Positions 1 to 13,107 of a DNA stretch of 64,000 bases are shown here, piece after piece. A program made the translations under genes and the position numbers. Source of the DNA: Kondoa subrosea (taxonomy: Eukaryota); assembly GCA_039545335.1 (NCBI GenBank), contig BCIN01000010.1, positions 248,001 through 312,000 on the forward strand, read 5' to 3'. The stretch's first letter is position 1; the number at the start of each line of letters is the position of its first letter. The notes below the pieces were generated by a model that saw only the letters and a list, made by a program, of their open reading frames with translations, searched no databases and was not told where the DNA came from.

Positions 1-1599
1 ATTGGGTTCCTGAGGCCTATTGGGCCTATGCAAATGTTAGGAACTCTGCTGGGTGGAAGATCATCCTTATCTGATTTTCGGACAGGGCTCGTACACACCG
101 ATTAACCGGGGTGATCACACTATGGGCGCCAATGTCTATGCAAGATAAATGATTCTTCGCCGTTGCTATGCTCATTTTGTTGTAGTATTTCGCAAGACCA
201 GGAAACAACAATCCAAATGAAAAGATCTACGCTTTCCCTCCAAATTTCAGGATGATTGCCGGCGATACAGCTCGACGGTCTTTCAACGCTTCAGCAGGAG
301 CAGACAAGGCAGTCAATTTCAGTAAGTACTTCTTCCCGCAATATGAAAGCTGCTTACCCTTTCAGATTGCTATGGACAAGCAGGGGAAGGCAATTCATTC
401 CCAAAGGGACAGTGTGAACCGTAAGTCAGCTACCACCTGCTCATAAATGAATTTGACTCTAGGCGGTCGGTAGTTTTATGAGACTTCAAGTCTATTTTCC
501 AAGTTGCTGGGTTGGTACTTGCACTTCTAAGACATCGCAAGTCTCTGATACTGAAAGCAGAATGGCGATCTCGACTCAGCTGATCACAAGTCACACGTCA
601 TCTACCCTATGGGCAATGATGGTTCAGAAGTTGCCGGGAACTCTGGCGACTACTGTCCAGATTCCCACCCAAAACGTTTGGTCACTCTGTTTTACGAAAG
701 GATGATGGCCAGTATGTCCCCAGATCTCTTTAAAGGCGAATTGCCGATGCTAAGATTGACCGTTAGTGGTAGTCGGAAAGCCCGGAGATGCCAATTACTG
801 GAATTGGTATGATCACTTGGACACTGCTAAAGACAAAGATCAGCCCATTGTGCTCTCGTGAGCGACCTTCTTGAAATACAGTGGGAAGATGTTTGTCTGA
901 TTTGATTTCGCGCTAGAAATGGCGACACAACTGGGTATGGCTGGCATGTACTTTACACGACTCGTTTTGTCTGTTTCAATCATTGACGCTCTTCTTAGGG
1001 AGATTTCGTCAACGGATGGAAGGATGGAGCTCTTCAAGCGGTAGTCGATCGATGCGGCAATGAGCCCAACTGCAAACCCTTGGATTCGCTCACTCAAGTT
1101 ACAGACAAAAATTCGTGCACGATTGTAAGTACTATCATTCTGTGTGTAGCCCTTCCTCATTCTTTCTGCAGCCTGTAGATCCATTGCTGGCCAATGAACA
1201 GAGTATGTTTAGCCTTGCACCCAGCAACTCTACTGATATGCGCATTCAGCTGGAGCCGAACAGTTCAATATGTTCATCAGTAACATCCCCTCAGGGTCCG
1301 AGTCCGACGAATCAATGGATACACAAGCTTCTGATCAATCTACATCCAGCAGCAAGGCGTCAAAGACTGCAGCAAATGGTCAACAGCCAAAGACAACTAA
1401 CAGCTCTGCTAAATCCATGCCGTCTTCGACTAGCGCGCCGAGCAAGGGTGAAGATCAAGATCAAGATCAAGATCAAGACAAGCAGAACGATGCATCTACC
1501 TCAGGTGGGACAACTCTAATCGATGACAATTCAGGCGCTGCGAGAGTTGGGTCGCACCTCGTCTTGGTGATTTCCCTGGTTATGGGTGCTTTGGTTTAG
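1..1599 (+). CDS. DUF1996-domain secreted protein with Ser/Thr-rich stalk and probable GPI anchor (5' end outside window)
   Basis: Exons encode FPPNFRMIAGD, MRLQVYFPSCW, HVIYP...CPDSHPKRLVTLFYE and NGDTTGYGWHGDFVNGW, typical of fungal DUF1996. The last exon is S/T-rich and ends in a hydrophobic tail (SGAARVGSHLVLVISLVMGALV*). Confidence 0.85.
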
Positions 1600-1660
1600 G
1601 TGGATGTCTAGCAAGAAGGGTCACGTCGAGTAACTTCTGAACTTATGAAATTGCAAAGTC

Positions 1661-1710
1661 AACTCCATTACTGTACTTACAAGATAACTCCATTACTGTA
1701 CTTATCAGAT
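1661..1710. repeat. Tandem direct repeat, 2 x 25 bp
   Basis: aactccattactgtacttacaagat is followed immediately by aactccattactgtacttatcagat (2 mismatches), in the 3' region of the DUF1996 gene. Confidence 0.9.
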
Positions 1711-1861
1711 GACTGAGCTTCAGAACAGTTCAGAACTTGTCACAATCATCGTTTACACCCACCAATTTTCTTTTTGTGTACAACGAGCATCTTCAGCAGG
1801 ACCCAGGATTCAAATCACCTTAATCTGCACAGCGAGTAATTGCTACTAGACAAGCTCTAGT

Positions 1862-4360
1862 ATGGAGTGGCAGGAAGCGAAAACGCCTGATGGCAAGGTT
1901 TACTGGTACAACGCGCAGACCAAGGCTAGCTCATGGGAGAAGCCTGACGCTCTGAAGACTCCTCAAGAAGTGCGTTCTCTATCATGTGCTCAAAACGTGT
2001 CGACTGAGAGTCTGTCCTTTTGCTAGAAAGCTATGGATACTACAAGATGGAAGCAATACGAAAGTAATGGCAAGTCATATTACGTGCATTCAGACACAAA
2101 GGAAACAACCTGGTGAGTCTGCATCATATGGTATTGAGTCTCTTTGTTAACACAACAATGCCAGGGAAATGCCTTCGGAAGTATCTGCAGCATTGGCAGC
2201 TGTCCCCTCTACTCCAGTCGTTACAGCGCCTTTAGGCAATGCTTCACCCGCACCTCCACCAGCTTTTCTAGGAAGTCAAAGTCAAAATGCAATGATTGGG
2301 GGAGGTGCGATAGTAGGAATTGGTTATGCTGGTTCAGCAGCAGCGAGTGGTGCCGGACCTTCATCACTAGGCAGTGCAACTGGAGGAGTTCAAGTCTGGT
2401 ACAATTCAGCTGAAGACGCTGCTCAAGCTTTCATGGGTCTCTTGCGATCGGCTGGTGTTGATAAAACTTGGACCTGGGAACAAACTATGCGGACTGTGGT
2501 CAATGATCCTCTTTGGAAGTCGGTGCCGACTTTGGGTCAGCGTAAAGCCGTCTTTGAACGCTATGTTGCTGAACTGAAGAAGCGCGAAATCGACAATAAG
2601 CAAAAAAGTATCGATAGAATCAGACCAGCTTGGAGAGAAGGTTTGGGTCGAGCTAGCGAAGGTGAGGGAGGTATGAAATCTTGGTGGAGCTGGCAGAAGA
2701 CGAAGGAACTGTTACAATCACGTTACAGCGAAATGTGGTCCATGGCTAGAAATGATGAGGAGAGAAAGGTATTATGGGAAGAATATGTCAGCGAAGTCAA
2801 GCGGAAAGAAAGGCAACGCGAAGATGATATGAGAGCTCGCAACCTTGAGAAGCTCAACCGTATCATGACTGATCTGGACCTCAATTTAAACAATACCTGG
2901 CTTCAGGTTCGCAGAATGGTCGAAAGATCACAAGATTGGCAAGCGGATGAAGAACTGCAACAACTCGAGCCGATAGAAATACTCAATAGCTTTGAAGAAA
3001 TTATGAGCAAGGCTGAGAAAGCAGCGCACGAAGAGCGGCAAAAACAGAAAGATGCTCGTCGACGCCGTATTCGCAAGAACCGAGAAGGTTTCGTCGAATT
3101 GCTCGAGGAACTTCGCGATCAAGGCAAGATAGTAAGCGGCAGCAATTGGGCAGATGTCTACCCTCTCCTTCAAGATGACGATCGCTATCAGAATATCCTT
3201 GGTCAGAGCGGTTCCAATCCTCTCGAACTGTTTTGGGATGTTGTCGATGAACTGGACCAGAAAGTCGAAGAACACTGCCGAATCATTGAAGGTGCCTTAG
3301 CTGAGAAGCGTATGAATGTCACGAGCGATACTACGTGGGAGAACTTCTCCGACATGCTTCAAATCGACAGTGTGGCAACCAGAGCTAAGGCCATTCCGGA
3401 AGAAGCTCGAAAGCTTGTCTACCAAATGGTCAGCCTTATGATCCTTGCCTTGTGACTCGTATTAAATTCCAAGTACAGCTTCAAGATCGTCTGGAGCGAG
3501 CAGCGAAAGACGAACGTCGTAGACAAGAGAAGAAACTCAGAGCTGCTCAAGATGACTTACGTCATGCTTTGCGAAAGGTCGAGCCAGAGATCGGGATGGA
3601 TGCAACATACGAAGAGGTAAGCGCATGTTTACTTGTGACAGACTTGTACTGACTGCTTTCAGTCTTTGCCCTTGATTTCTGGACTGCCCGAGTTTATTGC
3701 TTTAGCAGACGAAGCTTCTCGTAAAGGAGCTTTCGAGAAGCACGTTCAACGCCTGAAAGTGCGCCTCGCTTGTTAGTACCCAAAAACAGTACTGAGTCAA
3801 ATTAACAGGATCGCAAAGAAGATGAAGACCGTCGTCTTGCGGAAGAAGCGACGGTCGCGGCTGAAGAAGCAGCTCACAAAGAAAGACAAGAGCATCGCAA
3901 GAACGATAGAGGTAGCGCTAAACCATGGTCCGATGATGAAGGGTCAAATACTTCTCGTCGACGTCGATCACACCGTTCAGTCTCGCGCCGTCCCGACATG
4001 GACTTGGATGGTGAAGAACGCTCTTCGACTCGGAAACGTAGCGCTAGTCCACGCGAGACCAAGGAAGGTAGCGAAAGAGGATCAAGACGCAGAAAGGAGC
4101 ATCATGATCGAGACTCGGATCGACATGACAGCCATCCGCCTGCTGAAAAGGCCGCTTACGAACGATCATCTCGCAGCAAAAGAGATGATGGTACAGACCG
4201 CAAATCAAGCCGCCACGATCGAGATAGAGAACGCAGGCGTAGCCGAGAACGGGGGTCTTACTCGCGATCGGGTAGGCATCGGAATATGGATGTGGATGAA
4301 CCAGCGATTGTGCCAAAAGAAGGAGGTGAAGATGGGGAAATCGAAGAGGGCGAAATCTAG
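1862..4360 (+). CDS. PRP40: U1 snRNP protein Prp40 (2 WW + FF domains, Arg/Ser-rich tail)
   Basis: [28 protein letters not shown] (WW1), [25 protein letters not shown] (WW2), FF repeats ([37 protein letters not shown]) and a C-terminal [10 protein letters not shown]. Confidence 0.95.
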
Positions 4361-4507
4361 CCCAAGCTGCACTTTGCACTTTGCACTTGTATCTCTTGTG
4401 TCTCGCTACACCCGTGCATAAACGATAGCAGTACCATTTCGCGGCGAAACAACGAGACAGATCGCTGAAACGACATCGAGACAGAATTGTGATATGTAGT
4501 ACATTGG

Positions 4508-5825
4508 TCAAAATTTATGCGTTCTACTTCCTTCGACTAGTGTTATCCCTTGAATCAAGCGACTCATCTTTCACTGTGTTTTCACAAGAATCAGCTTCGA
4601 TCTTGTGCTTGTTGAGCTTCAGACTAACCATTCAGCAACAGCGCATCTGAATCGAGCATAATTTTGTTTGAGCCATTGGCAACGTTTGAAGCAATTTCTC
4701 TGGCAGCTTCCAATCTCCTCAGTTGAATGAAACCTTTGTTTTGCTTGATAGCTTCACCAATCAGTTCGGCTGACTTGGCTTCACCTTGAGCTCGAACGAT
4801 GATGGATTGTTTTTCTTGAATCGCTTGATCTACTAGATATGCTGCTTTTTGAGCTGTTTGTTGGGCAATTTGTTTGAGTTCGACGGATTCGGCAAAGGCA
4901 GGTGAGAAGTTGACGTGTGTTAGGGACACCTATTTGATGAAAATGTCAGTAGGGAACGAGAGCAGAAGATACTGTTCTTACATCGTCTAGTACTAAACCG
5001 AACCTTATCGCTCTCCTTGACAGCGATTCTCTAATCAATCGAGAGACCATTTCTCGTTGTGCTATAAAAATCAACTTAGCTTCTATTTACTTCAGGACAG
5101 GGTCTGGACTCACTGATGAGTTGGGAAGCGTTGAATTGAGCAGTTACTCCTTTTAAGACTTCATTGACGATGGAAGGCAGGACTCGTTCGTCGAAATCCG
5201 TTCCAAGTTCTCGATAAATGGTGGCAAGGTTGTTTTCGTTCGGTCGAGATAGTACACGAACAGTAATGTTGACCATTTGAAGATCTGAGCAAGAGCGTTA
5301 TTACTATGTCTCATACTTTCTGCGCAGGTCACAGAACAAACCTTTGGTTCCAGTTAATGAAGCAATCTGCCTTGGTTTCGCTCTCACGTCGAAAATAACA
5401 GGAGTTTCAAACCAGGGAATCTATAGTTATATGTTCAGTATTGTGATACAGGAGGAAGAGAAGCAAGTAACCTTGAAATGCGTTCCTTCACCGTAGACTT
5501 CATTTCGTACACCATACAATCGAGTATACTTGATCGCGCGATGACCTCCGTCCACTATAGTCGTTCTGGTAAGCATGCCCAACTCAAGCGTTCAAAAGAG
5601 GATCGCACCATTGTATAGAGAACTATTGATCGCCAAACCTCCCAAACCCAAAGCGAGGACCAGACCAGATCCGCCAAGCACAGCACCTAGATTAGGTGGT
5701 CTATTCCCTCCTGGTCCTGACGATCCTCCTCCTCCTGATCCTTTAGGTCCGCCAGTCGCTGACCATTGTCCTGCTTGAGCTCGCCTAAGGATTTCTCCCA
5801 TTCGTTTCGCTGTTTGTTGGTTCAT
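4508..5825 (-). CDS. PHB2: Prohibitin-2
   Basis: SPFH motifs [59 protein letters not shown] and [10 protein letters not shown]. Confidence 0.95.
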
Positions 5826-6015
5826 TCTTGGGATCTGAGGTGTATATCGACGATGTAGAGCGTCTCAATAGACCTGGACTAGATTACGATCTCAGCAGAA
5901 CATTCAAAAAGGTTATCTAAGCCTCTGCCTTGGGAAAACACAAAACCTACAAATCAGCGTCACACGGGAACTTAAGGTTGAAGACGTGTCATGAGTTGGT
6001 CGGCCTTTCGGGAAA

Positions 6016-6703
6016 ATGGACACGCTCGCAGATCTCGCAGATGGCTACATCAGACAGCTACCTGCACCCATAGTCGCCATTTATGATCATCTGCCGTATT
6101 TCAGTACAGTTCAACGATTTGTAATGGGCATCTACAACCTCACTAGTTCTGTACCTTATCTACCTGGCATCGTCGCTCTAATAGCAGTCTATATCTCTTT
6201 CTTCACTTTATACAACACAATTCGAAGTGCTGTGCGAATGTCCTTCCGTTTATCCAAATGGGGAGCGATGGCTACTCTCGCTTTCAGTGCTTACAATTAG
6301 TACGCTGCGTTCTCTCTTTTCTCCCCAGATTCAATATTGATGAGGTAAAAACAGCATGACTGGGAATCAACAACAAGCACCCAATGGTTTAATGGATATG
6401 GGGACGAAGCTGTACAACTCTTTCGCTGGCAATAATCAAGCTCAAGGCGGAATTCCAGATCTCTTCGGTAATACGCGCACAAAACGTCCTACTACTCGAT
6501 CATCAAGCCAGAGGAAAACAAAGACAGCGAATCAAGCAAGTGTTGGTGGAATTGATCCAGTCGGGTTATTCCAGAGATATATGAGCGGTGACACGGCTGG
6601 GCTAGCTAACACTATCTGGGATCAAGTGAAAGCGGGCATGGAGCAAAATGCTGCTCCAGTCAATGAGAAGAAGAAGAAGAGCAGAAGAACGACAAACAGA
6701 TAG
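6016..6703 (+). CDS. Small two-TM membrane protein, Apq12-like nuclear envelope protein
   Basis: Two exons (intron ~6300-6355). The hydrophobic segment PGIVALIAVYISFFTLYNTIRSAVRMSFRLSKWG resembles the Apq12 family, and the C-terminus is basic. Confidence 0.55.
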
Positions 6704-6852
6704 ATGATGCTGTGAATATCTCATGTAGGAAAGCTTGTAATACTTCATATAATCTGAGAATGTATCAATTGTCCTTGACGGTTGTAGTAGTATTAATGTA
6801 GCAGAAGTTGGCTGATTCGTGCGATATAACATTTTGACCTTGACCCAAAACA

Positions 6853-7777
6853 ATGACTTCTCAGCTTTCAGTTCGTCTGGCTGCCTTTCCACCTACCAAC
6901 GGATCATCGGCCGCACCAGACATCCACCTCTTGCCCTGTCATCTCCACTTGGATGGTCCAGCAGCAATCTCATCTAATTTCATTCGTCGCGCTGTACCTG
7001 ATCAAGCAGACGTAGAAGAAGCTTCTTTCAGAGGTCGACAACTCTTTTCGCTCCCACTACACGTTCCTACTTCTTACACTGGTCTAATATTACGCGTACA
7101 ACAACCTCCAGCTTTGAATCCCATTATACCCAAAATCGAACCGACGAGGAAGAGGAAAGCTAGTACTGCAAAGATTGTGAAAGTTGAGGAAACGAAGAAG
7201 AGGAGAATGAGTCCTAGAAAAGCTGCACAGAGAGTCATGGCTAGACAAACATTCAGTATGGATTCGGAGGATGAAGAACAGGTTGAAGAAGAAGAAGAAG
7301 GATCAGACTACACTGGTACTGGCAACAAGATGATGATTCCAACCATTGTTATTGAACCTGCTACTCAAGAAGATGTCTTTCAATTTGATGGGAAACAAGA
7401 GGTACAAGAGAAGCCGGAAGTTGTGGTCGAAGCAGTGAAGGAAGTTGCGAAGGAGGACATTGCTCGACAAGAGGAGACAGAGACGTCGGAAGAACAACAA
7501 ACAGAAGTCTTCCTAGAAGAACCTGTTGATAAAGCTGCCGTCACCCTGAAACCTGTTTCGACGTTTGATTATTTTCGCATTTGGAATCCTGATGGACCGC
7601 TAGGTAAATGATATCACTATAATCGGAGAACTGGCTCATTAAAAGGAATAGATCAAGGAGGAGATGTGTATTGGAAAGCGATAAATGAGTGGACAGCATT
7701 AGCGAGATTGGTCAGTCTTCCTTGTCGTCGTGGAACTAGATCTCGCTGATTATGGCAGGAAACAGATACATTGTTGA
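6853..7777 (+). CDS. RNH203: Ribonuclease H2 subunit C
   Basis: IHLLPCHLHLDGPA...EASFRGRQL...VPTSYTGLIL at the N-terminus and STFDYFRIWNPDG...AINEWTALARLIHC* at the C-terminus, separated by a long low-complexity insert. Confidence 0.85.
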
Positions 7778-7858
7778 TAGGCATGCGAGGAAACAATGTC
7801 ATACGTAGTCCTTATTATAAATCATACAGTCCCTGTGCGGAAGGTTCTGATGTATTAC

Positions 7859-9212
7859 TCACAGCTTAGACATAAGCGATCCGCGCGATTGAAGAATACC
7901 TGACGCCGACATAGTCGCTATCAGTCTTCCGCTTTTGTCAAACGTTTTGCAACCGCCAAAAGTCCTATCGGCCTATTGATGGTCAACGTCTAGATGTCGA
8001 AAAGTCGAGCGGAAGAGAGAGAGGCACTTACATCTGCGGCTTCTGTGTATTGCTCTGACAAAAGCCAGTCTTCTGCTTTCCAGTTATTACGATGGAATCT
8101 CAAAGACACTTCCATTGTACTGCAAGATCCAGTACAGTCATCGGCATTCGAATGATCGAACCAGAGAGGTAGCATCGGAATGCCAGCGAGCGACATGAAA
8201 GCGATCATGCTATCAGAAGTTCAGCATCACTAATAGATTGATATAGCTGACAGTTAGACATACCCAGAACGTTCTCCTTGCTTCTGCAGTTTCTTCTTTG
8301 CCCGATGCCACATTGCTGATGTCTTAGACATAATAGGTAAATGATCTTGAGTGGTGACCTTTGTCTTGTCCACGCCGTACCTGTGGCAAGAGAGCAGATA
8401 AGAGGCAGAAGATACAGAATAAAGACGCAAAGACACTGACAGATTTTGAGAACAAATCCCTTCTGGACAATGCCGCAGATTGTAATCCACAAAATCAAAT
8501 AAGTTATAAAGGCCGTTGATGAAAGTATTGCTGAGGAGGACAATTATAGTATCCGAGCTTCAATACATATGAAGTAGGGAAAGCTTACAATTTCCCTTGA
8601 GTCAATTTCCCTCTCAACACGTGTTCCCGATAGTAAGGAAGAGGAATTGGAATCATTTCCGGTAGAGTGTATCGCCTGCGAGGCCGTTCAGAGAATCGAA
8701 CCAATGATTGTCCATCCTTCATAAAATCAAGAAGCATGACTGAGGGCAGACTTCATCAACGCAGCACATTGAAAAGACAAGGCAACGAACTCATTGTTTT
8801 TCGTGTCTTGCTCTCCCGCTTTTGTGTTACTACGACCTGTCGAGTCGCAAATGATCTTGTAGATCGGATATCTTCCACCGTGTATGTAACTCGACCGACG
8901 AAAGTGGGACCCAGAAAGATAGCAGATACGCTGTGTAAATGCAAAGAAGAGGAAGGAGGAACGGTGTCACAAGCTGCATTGATTGCTTGAGCCAGAGTAT
9001 AACCTCTATAAGGCGTATGCATCAAAATGCGATACCGACGATGATTGGACAAGCTTACCCATAGACAACGTCTGGGTGGGATTCATTGGTAACAGTGAGA
9101 GAACTGGGATGCGTCAGCCATGTTTCCCATGACAGATGACTACATACGCATTTTCATAAGTATTCGGTGCGATCTTATTGAGTTCTAGGATAGAATCGAT
9201 TGATGCAGTCAT
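7859..9212 (-). CDS. Acyl-CoA thioesterase II (TesB/Tes1-like, double hotdog), peroxisomal
   Basis: Spliced N-terminus MTASIDSILELNKIAPNTYEN...VYGGYTLAQAINAA...LHSVSAIFLGP...VEDIRSTRSFATRQV, STMEVSLRFH, and C-terminus ...GSLMSKL*. Confidence 0.85.
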
Positions 9213-9657
9213 GAACGATAGAATTGAAGTCAAAACAAGCAGGAAGAGGTGCACAAACTGACGCCAGAGAATAGAAACTTAGCGTGGTCTTTGAGCATAA
9301 TACCTCGGCGATAAAGGTTAGAGTATATATGAAGAGATCTGAGGAAATTAGATTGAACGAAGTTTGTGGAATTGCCATGCCGGGCTCAAAACTAGCAGAA
9401 GACACACGCGGTGCAAGCGTAAAACACATTAGATAGGGGATGCACGACTGGTATAATAGTAACGGAATAAGCTAGTAAGATACTACCTTCGCTGTAGCTC
9501 GACAAATGGAAATCCGGGAAAATTGCATTTCGAAAGGAGGGCGGAAGGATCAAGTCCATCGAAGATTTCGTTTCTCTACAACACAGGTTCATATGTAGAC
9601 ACTACTAGATTTCAGGTATAGATCATAATGTTATAACGAATTTAGCCAAAATTTGAC

Positions 9658-11774
9658 CTAATGCGCGAGCGAAACTTTCAACGGTAGCTGAGAGCAGTGC
9701 GGCTCGGAATCCAGGTATGGTCGCAGAGGTAGAGAAGGTATTGAGATGAGTCAGAAATCATAGAAAGACGGACATACAGTCGAAAACAGAGACCTGCCAA
9801 CAATATCTGGCTTGTCATCTCGCTCTTCAAAGTTGAAGGCGGCCACAAGAGTAACCAGTACCGCTTTGAATTCCAGAATAGCGAATCTGTACCCTCTGCG
9901 CAACAACATCAGATCAATGCCTTGCCCTCCAATGCTTTGTAACATACACGCAGCCCCGAGGCCCTGCTGAGAATGTAGTAAGGTTGTTGTAAAGCGTAAA
10001 CTTGGTAGCCTCAGAGGTCGCTGGAAGTGGAGACGCCCATCTATCCGGGCGAAACTGACAGGCGTCGGGACCGAAGACACTTGTCAGACTGTTGATCGCT
10101 CCCAAGGGAACTTGGATGGCCGTTCCTTTGGGCAAAGCGAGTTGCTGAACATGTTGACCATCGCGAAGAGTGATGGGCTTGGCCAGGGGAAGAACAACAT
10201 CTTCCTTTGTCTGGTGAAAAATGAGATAAACGCAACCCGAGAAATACATGCTCTATTCACTTCTCTTAGTGTGATTGAAAAGATAGGTCTGCGGCGAAGA
10301 ATTTCCTTCTACTCAAAGTGTCAGCCCTTTCGCGGCTACTGTGATGTAATTTGACACGTACAGTGAAACAATCAAGATATGGAAGTTCTGATAGCTGAGC
10401 GACTGAGAAGCGACCCACAGCGCTGCTCTCGAGGCTAGCTTTGGCTTTTTGGATTTCGCTACGCAGTTTATTTTGCATTTCTGGCCGCCGAGCGAGTTCG
10501 AGCAGACTCCAAGCGAGAGTAGATGCTGTTGTTCCGCTTCCGGCAAGCATGATCGTGCTGATTCTGTCCTCAGATTTGAGCTTCATCAGAACGAGATTGA
10601 TTCGTGAACTGACTGCCAGATAACTTCGTCGTCGCTAAGCTTATGCTTCTCTTCGGTGTGTAGATTCGCCTTGATCAGCAAACTGAGAAGATCTTTGCCA
10701 TTTAGCTTCTCATCGGTGACAGCTGATTTTGCATTGCGTAGAATCTCTAGCGATTCTCTTCGTACGGTCTGCGAGATGTGTTTGATTCTCTTCGCTGCTT
10801 CGGTGGCTAGAGAACTGATCAGGACACCGTCGACTGGCAACAAGACGAATTTTTGCGCACGTAAAGAAGCCAAAAAAGGAAATGCCACAGGCAAGAAGAA
10901 CATTGCTGATGAATAGAGTGATCCCGATCCTATATTAAAGATGTCTGAAAAGGCTTGAGACATTGGATGGCTGTTGTTCTCGAGGGTATCGAATTCTACA
11001 CCCAGGCCAGCAGACCCGATTATGTCAACGCCTGCTTTGGCTGTCCACATGGCCATATCTTCAACCGACGATCCAGAACCATTAGTCTCGATAGACTCTT
11101 CCAGCTTGTGTCGCAAAGTTTCCGCTTTGGCAAAGAAGATCGGTACCATCGCATCTACGCTAGGGGCATTAAATGCAGTGGCGATCAAACGCCTTTGCTT
11201 CTTGTGAGCGTCTGCATACTCGTATCAGTACACAGCAAAGCAAGCTCGAGAAGAAGAAAAAACGTGCCACCCTCAGCGCTGACTAAGCCGTTCCCAAACA
11301 AGCGCTCGATGAATACACGTAGGCCAGTCTACACCAGAAGATCAGCTTGACAATGATTCTTCACAGCTTCGGGCTCACAGGTTTAGGAAAGGAATAGGTC
11401 GAAGTGACCAGAATCTTGTAAATGGCAGCGGGATCGGTGATAGAAACCCTAGACCACGGTTCTAGGATCACGGCGCAAAGTGAAATTGCGAAGACCTACC
11501 GCTCCATACCGCCAAATAATGCAAATCGAAAAACAGAACCATATTTCTCGTGCGAATCGATGTAGAATTGATCTGGAGAGCAGGTGTGGGTAAAGACTTC
11601 TTTTGCGTTACCTCCTAGCTTGGAAGAACGGGGTGGACCTGGTATGTTTGCAGTTGCAGCCAGATAAGGCCACCATATCAGCACACGAAATGCGATATAG
11701 CTGATACCGATTGTAAGAGCTGCACTGAGGCATACCGCTCCAAAGTAGAATACAGAAGGTGAGAGCAACATCAT
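9658..11774 (-). CDS. Cytochrome P450 monooxygenase
   Basis: N-terminal TM plus IPGPP, AEGDAHKKQRR, I-helix MLAGSGTTAS, KEILR (ExxR), FRPDRW (PER-like) and heme motif FSAGPRGCVG. The acceptor of the last intron is uncertain. Confidence 0.93.
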
Positions 11775-12249
11775 TCTATGTTGAAGATGTAGAAGAGAGG
11801 GAGAAGAGCTATCAGTCCTTAACCACTCGGTGACAAGAAGGTTCAATCAGAAGCTTCAATAAGCGTTGATTGCAATGATACTAGGAGGGAGATAGTGCGT
11901 CATACACGCGAGATCCAATCGCATTCATTTGCTAAGAACGCAAGAATATGCAGGAATACCAGGAAAAGAGCAGTGTCCAGCCGTAGACAAGATCCATAGG
12001 GACCATAGGCTAAGATGCCGCATCCAACTTGTCATTGCTGCTGAAAACCTTGCGGCAGAAGTTTTGCCAAACCCACGATCCGAGCAACACTGCTGTTAGT
12101 TCAAGAGTTCTCTGGCCCGCAGGGTCTCGAAGGATTGCTCAGTGCCTAGTCTGCTTGGTTATTCTGCGGATTACGGCCACCAGGTGAGAAGTGCTTCTTC
12201 TAGTAGCCTTGGTGTAAAACAACCATCACATCGCATCACATCCAATACT

Positions 12250-13107
12250 ATGGGCAATACACCATCTCTCTCTCAGCAGCAGCAAGCAGCGAATGCATGT
12301 CCGATGAACGATAAGCTGAACGCCAGCAACAACATCCCTTTGAACCTCGATGGTGCAAACCGATTATCACCTGAACGAACAGTTTCTTCTATTCCTCGAG
12401 CTTCCAAAGCAGAGGGTTCCTGTCCGGTCATCAAGAGCGAGGATGCGAATTGGGTCTATCCATCGCCTCAGCAATTTCAGAATGCATTGAATCGCAAGAA
12501 CAAGGGAGCACCTGAAGAAAGCGTGGATGTTATGGTACAGATACACAATTTCATCAATGAGGAAGCATGGCAGCAGGTTAGGCAATGGGAAGAAAGCCGG
12601 TCCTCGTTTGTCACTATCTTACTCGGTTTACCTTCAGCAGTCTGATATAAAGCTTTTAGATATCAAGGCGACAACATAGAGCTCGCAAGATTCACTGGAC
12701 GGCCTGACGATCTATCGCCTAAAGCTCGCTACCATATGCTACTGTCTAAAGTCTTCCCAAATGTCTACAGGTATGGTCTCATGGGTTGTGCTTCTTAATG
12801 TCTCCTTATGCTTCTGTCAGTGGCGAGAAACCTTTCGATCGACACGACTGGTATGTGCGGCGGCCGTCCACCGACACTACTCAACGTTATGTCATCGATT
12901 ACTACTCATGTCCCGACGATGCACAAGGGTTAGCAAATCTCGGTTTCTCCCATTCTCAATCTGATCAAATCTGACAGAAACCCTGTATTCTCCTTGGACG
13001 TGAGGCCTGCAGTAGATAGTCTGGAAGCAGTCAGCGAAAGAATATCATATTGGGCAAAGCAGAAGAAGGAACGTTTCTTTGCGCCGCAAAAGCAAGAAGC
13101 AAGGTAG
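12250..13107 (+). CDS. CYC3: Holocytochrome c synthase (cytochrome c heme lyase)
   Basis: CPM/CPV heme-regulatory motifs, WVYPSPQQFQNALNRK, MVQIHNFINEEAW, PFDRHDWYV, RYVIDYY and FSLDVRPA. It looks closer to CYC3 than to CYT2. Confidence 0.88.

Noticed and set aside
1450..1480. (GATCAA)n repeat
   Set aside because: Coding microsatellite encoding DQDQDQ in a low-complexity stalk; not a CRISPR or regulatory array.
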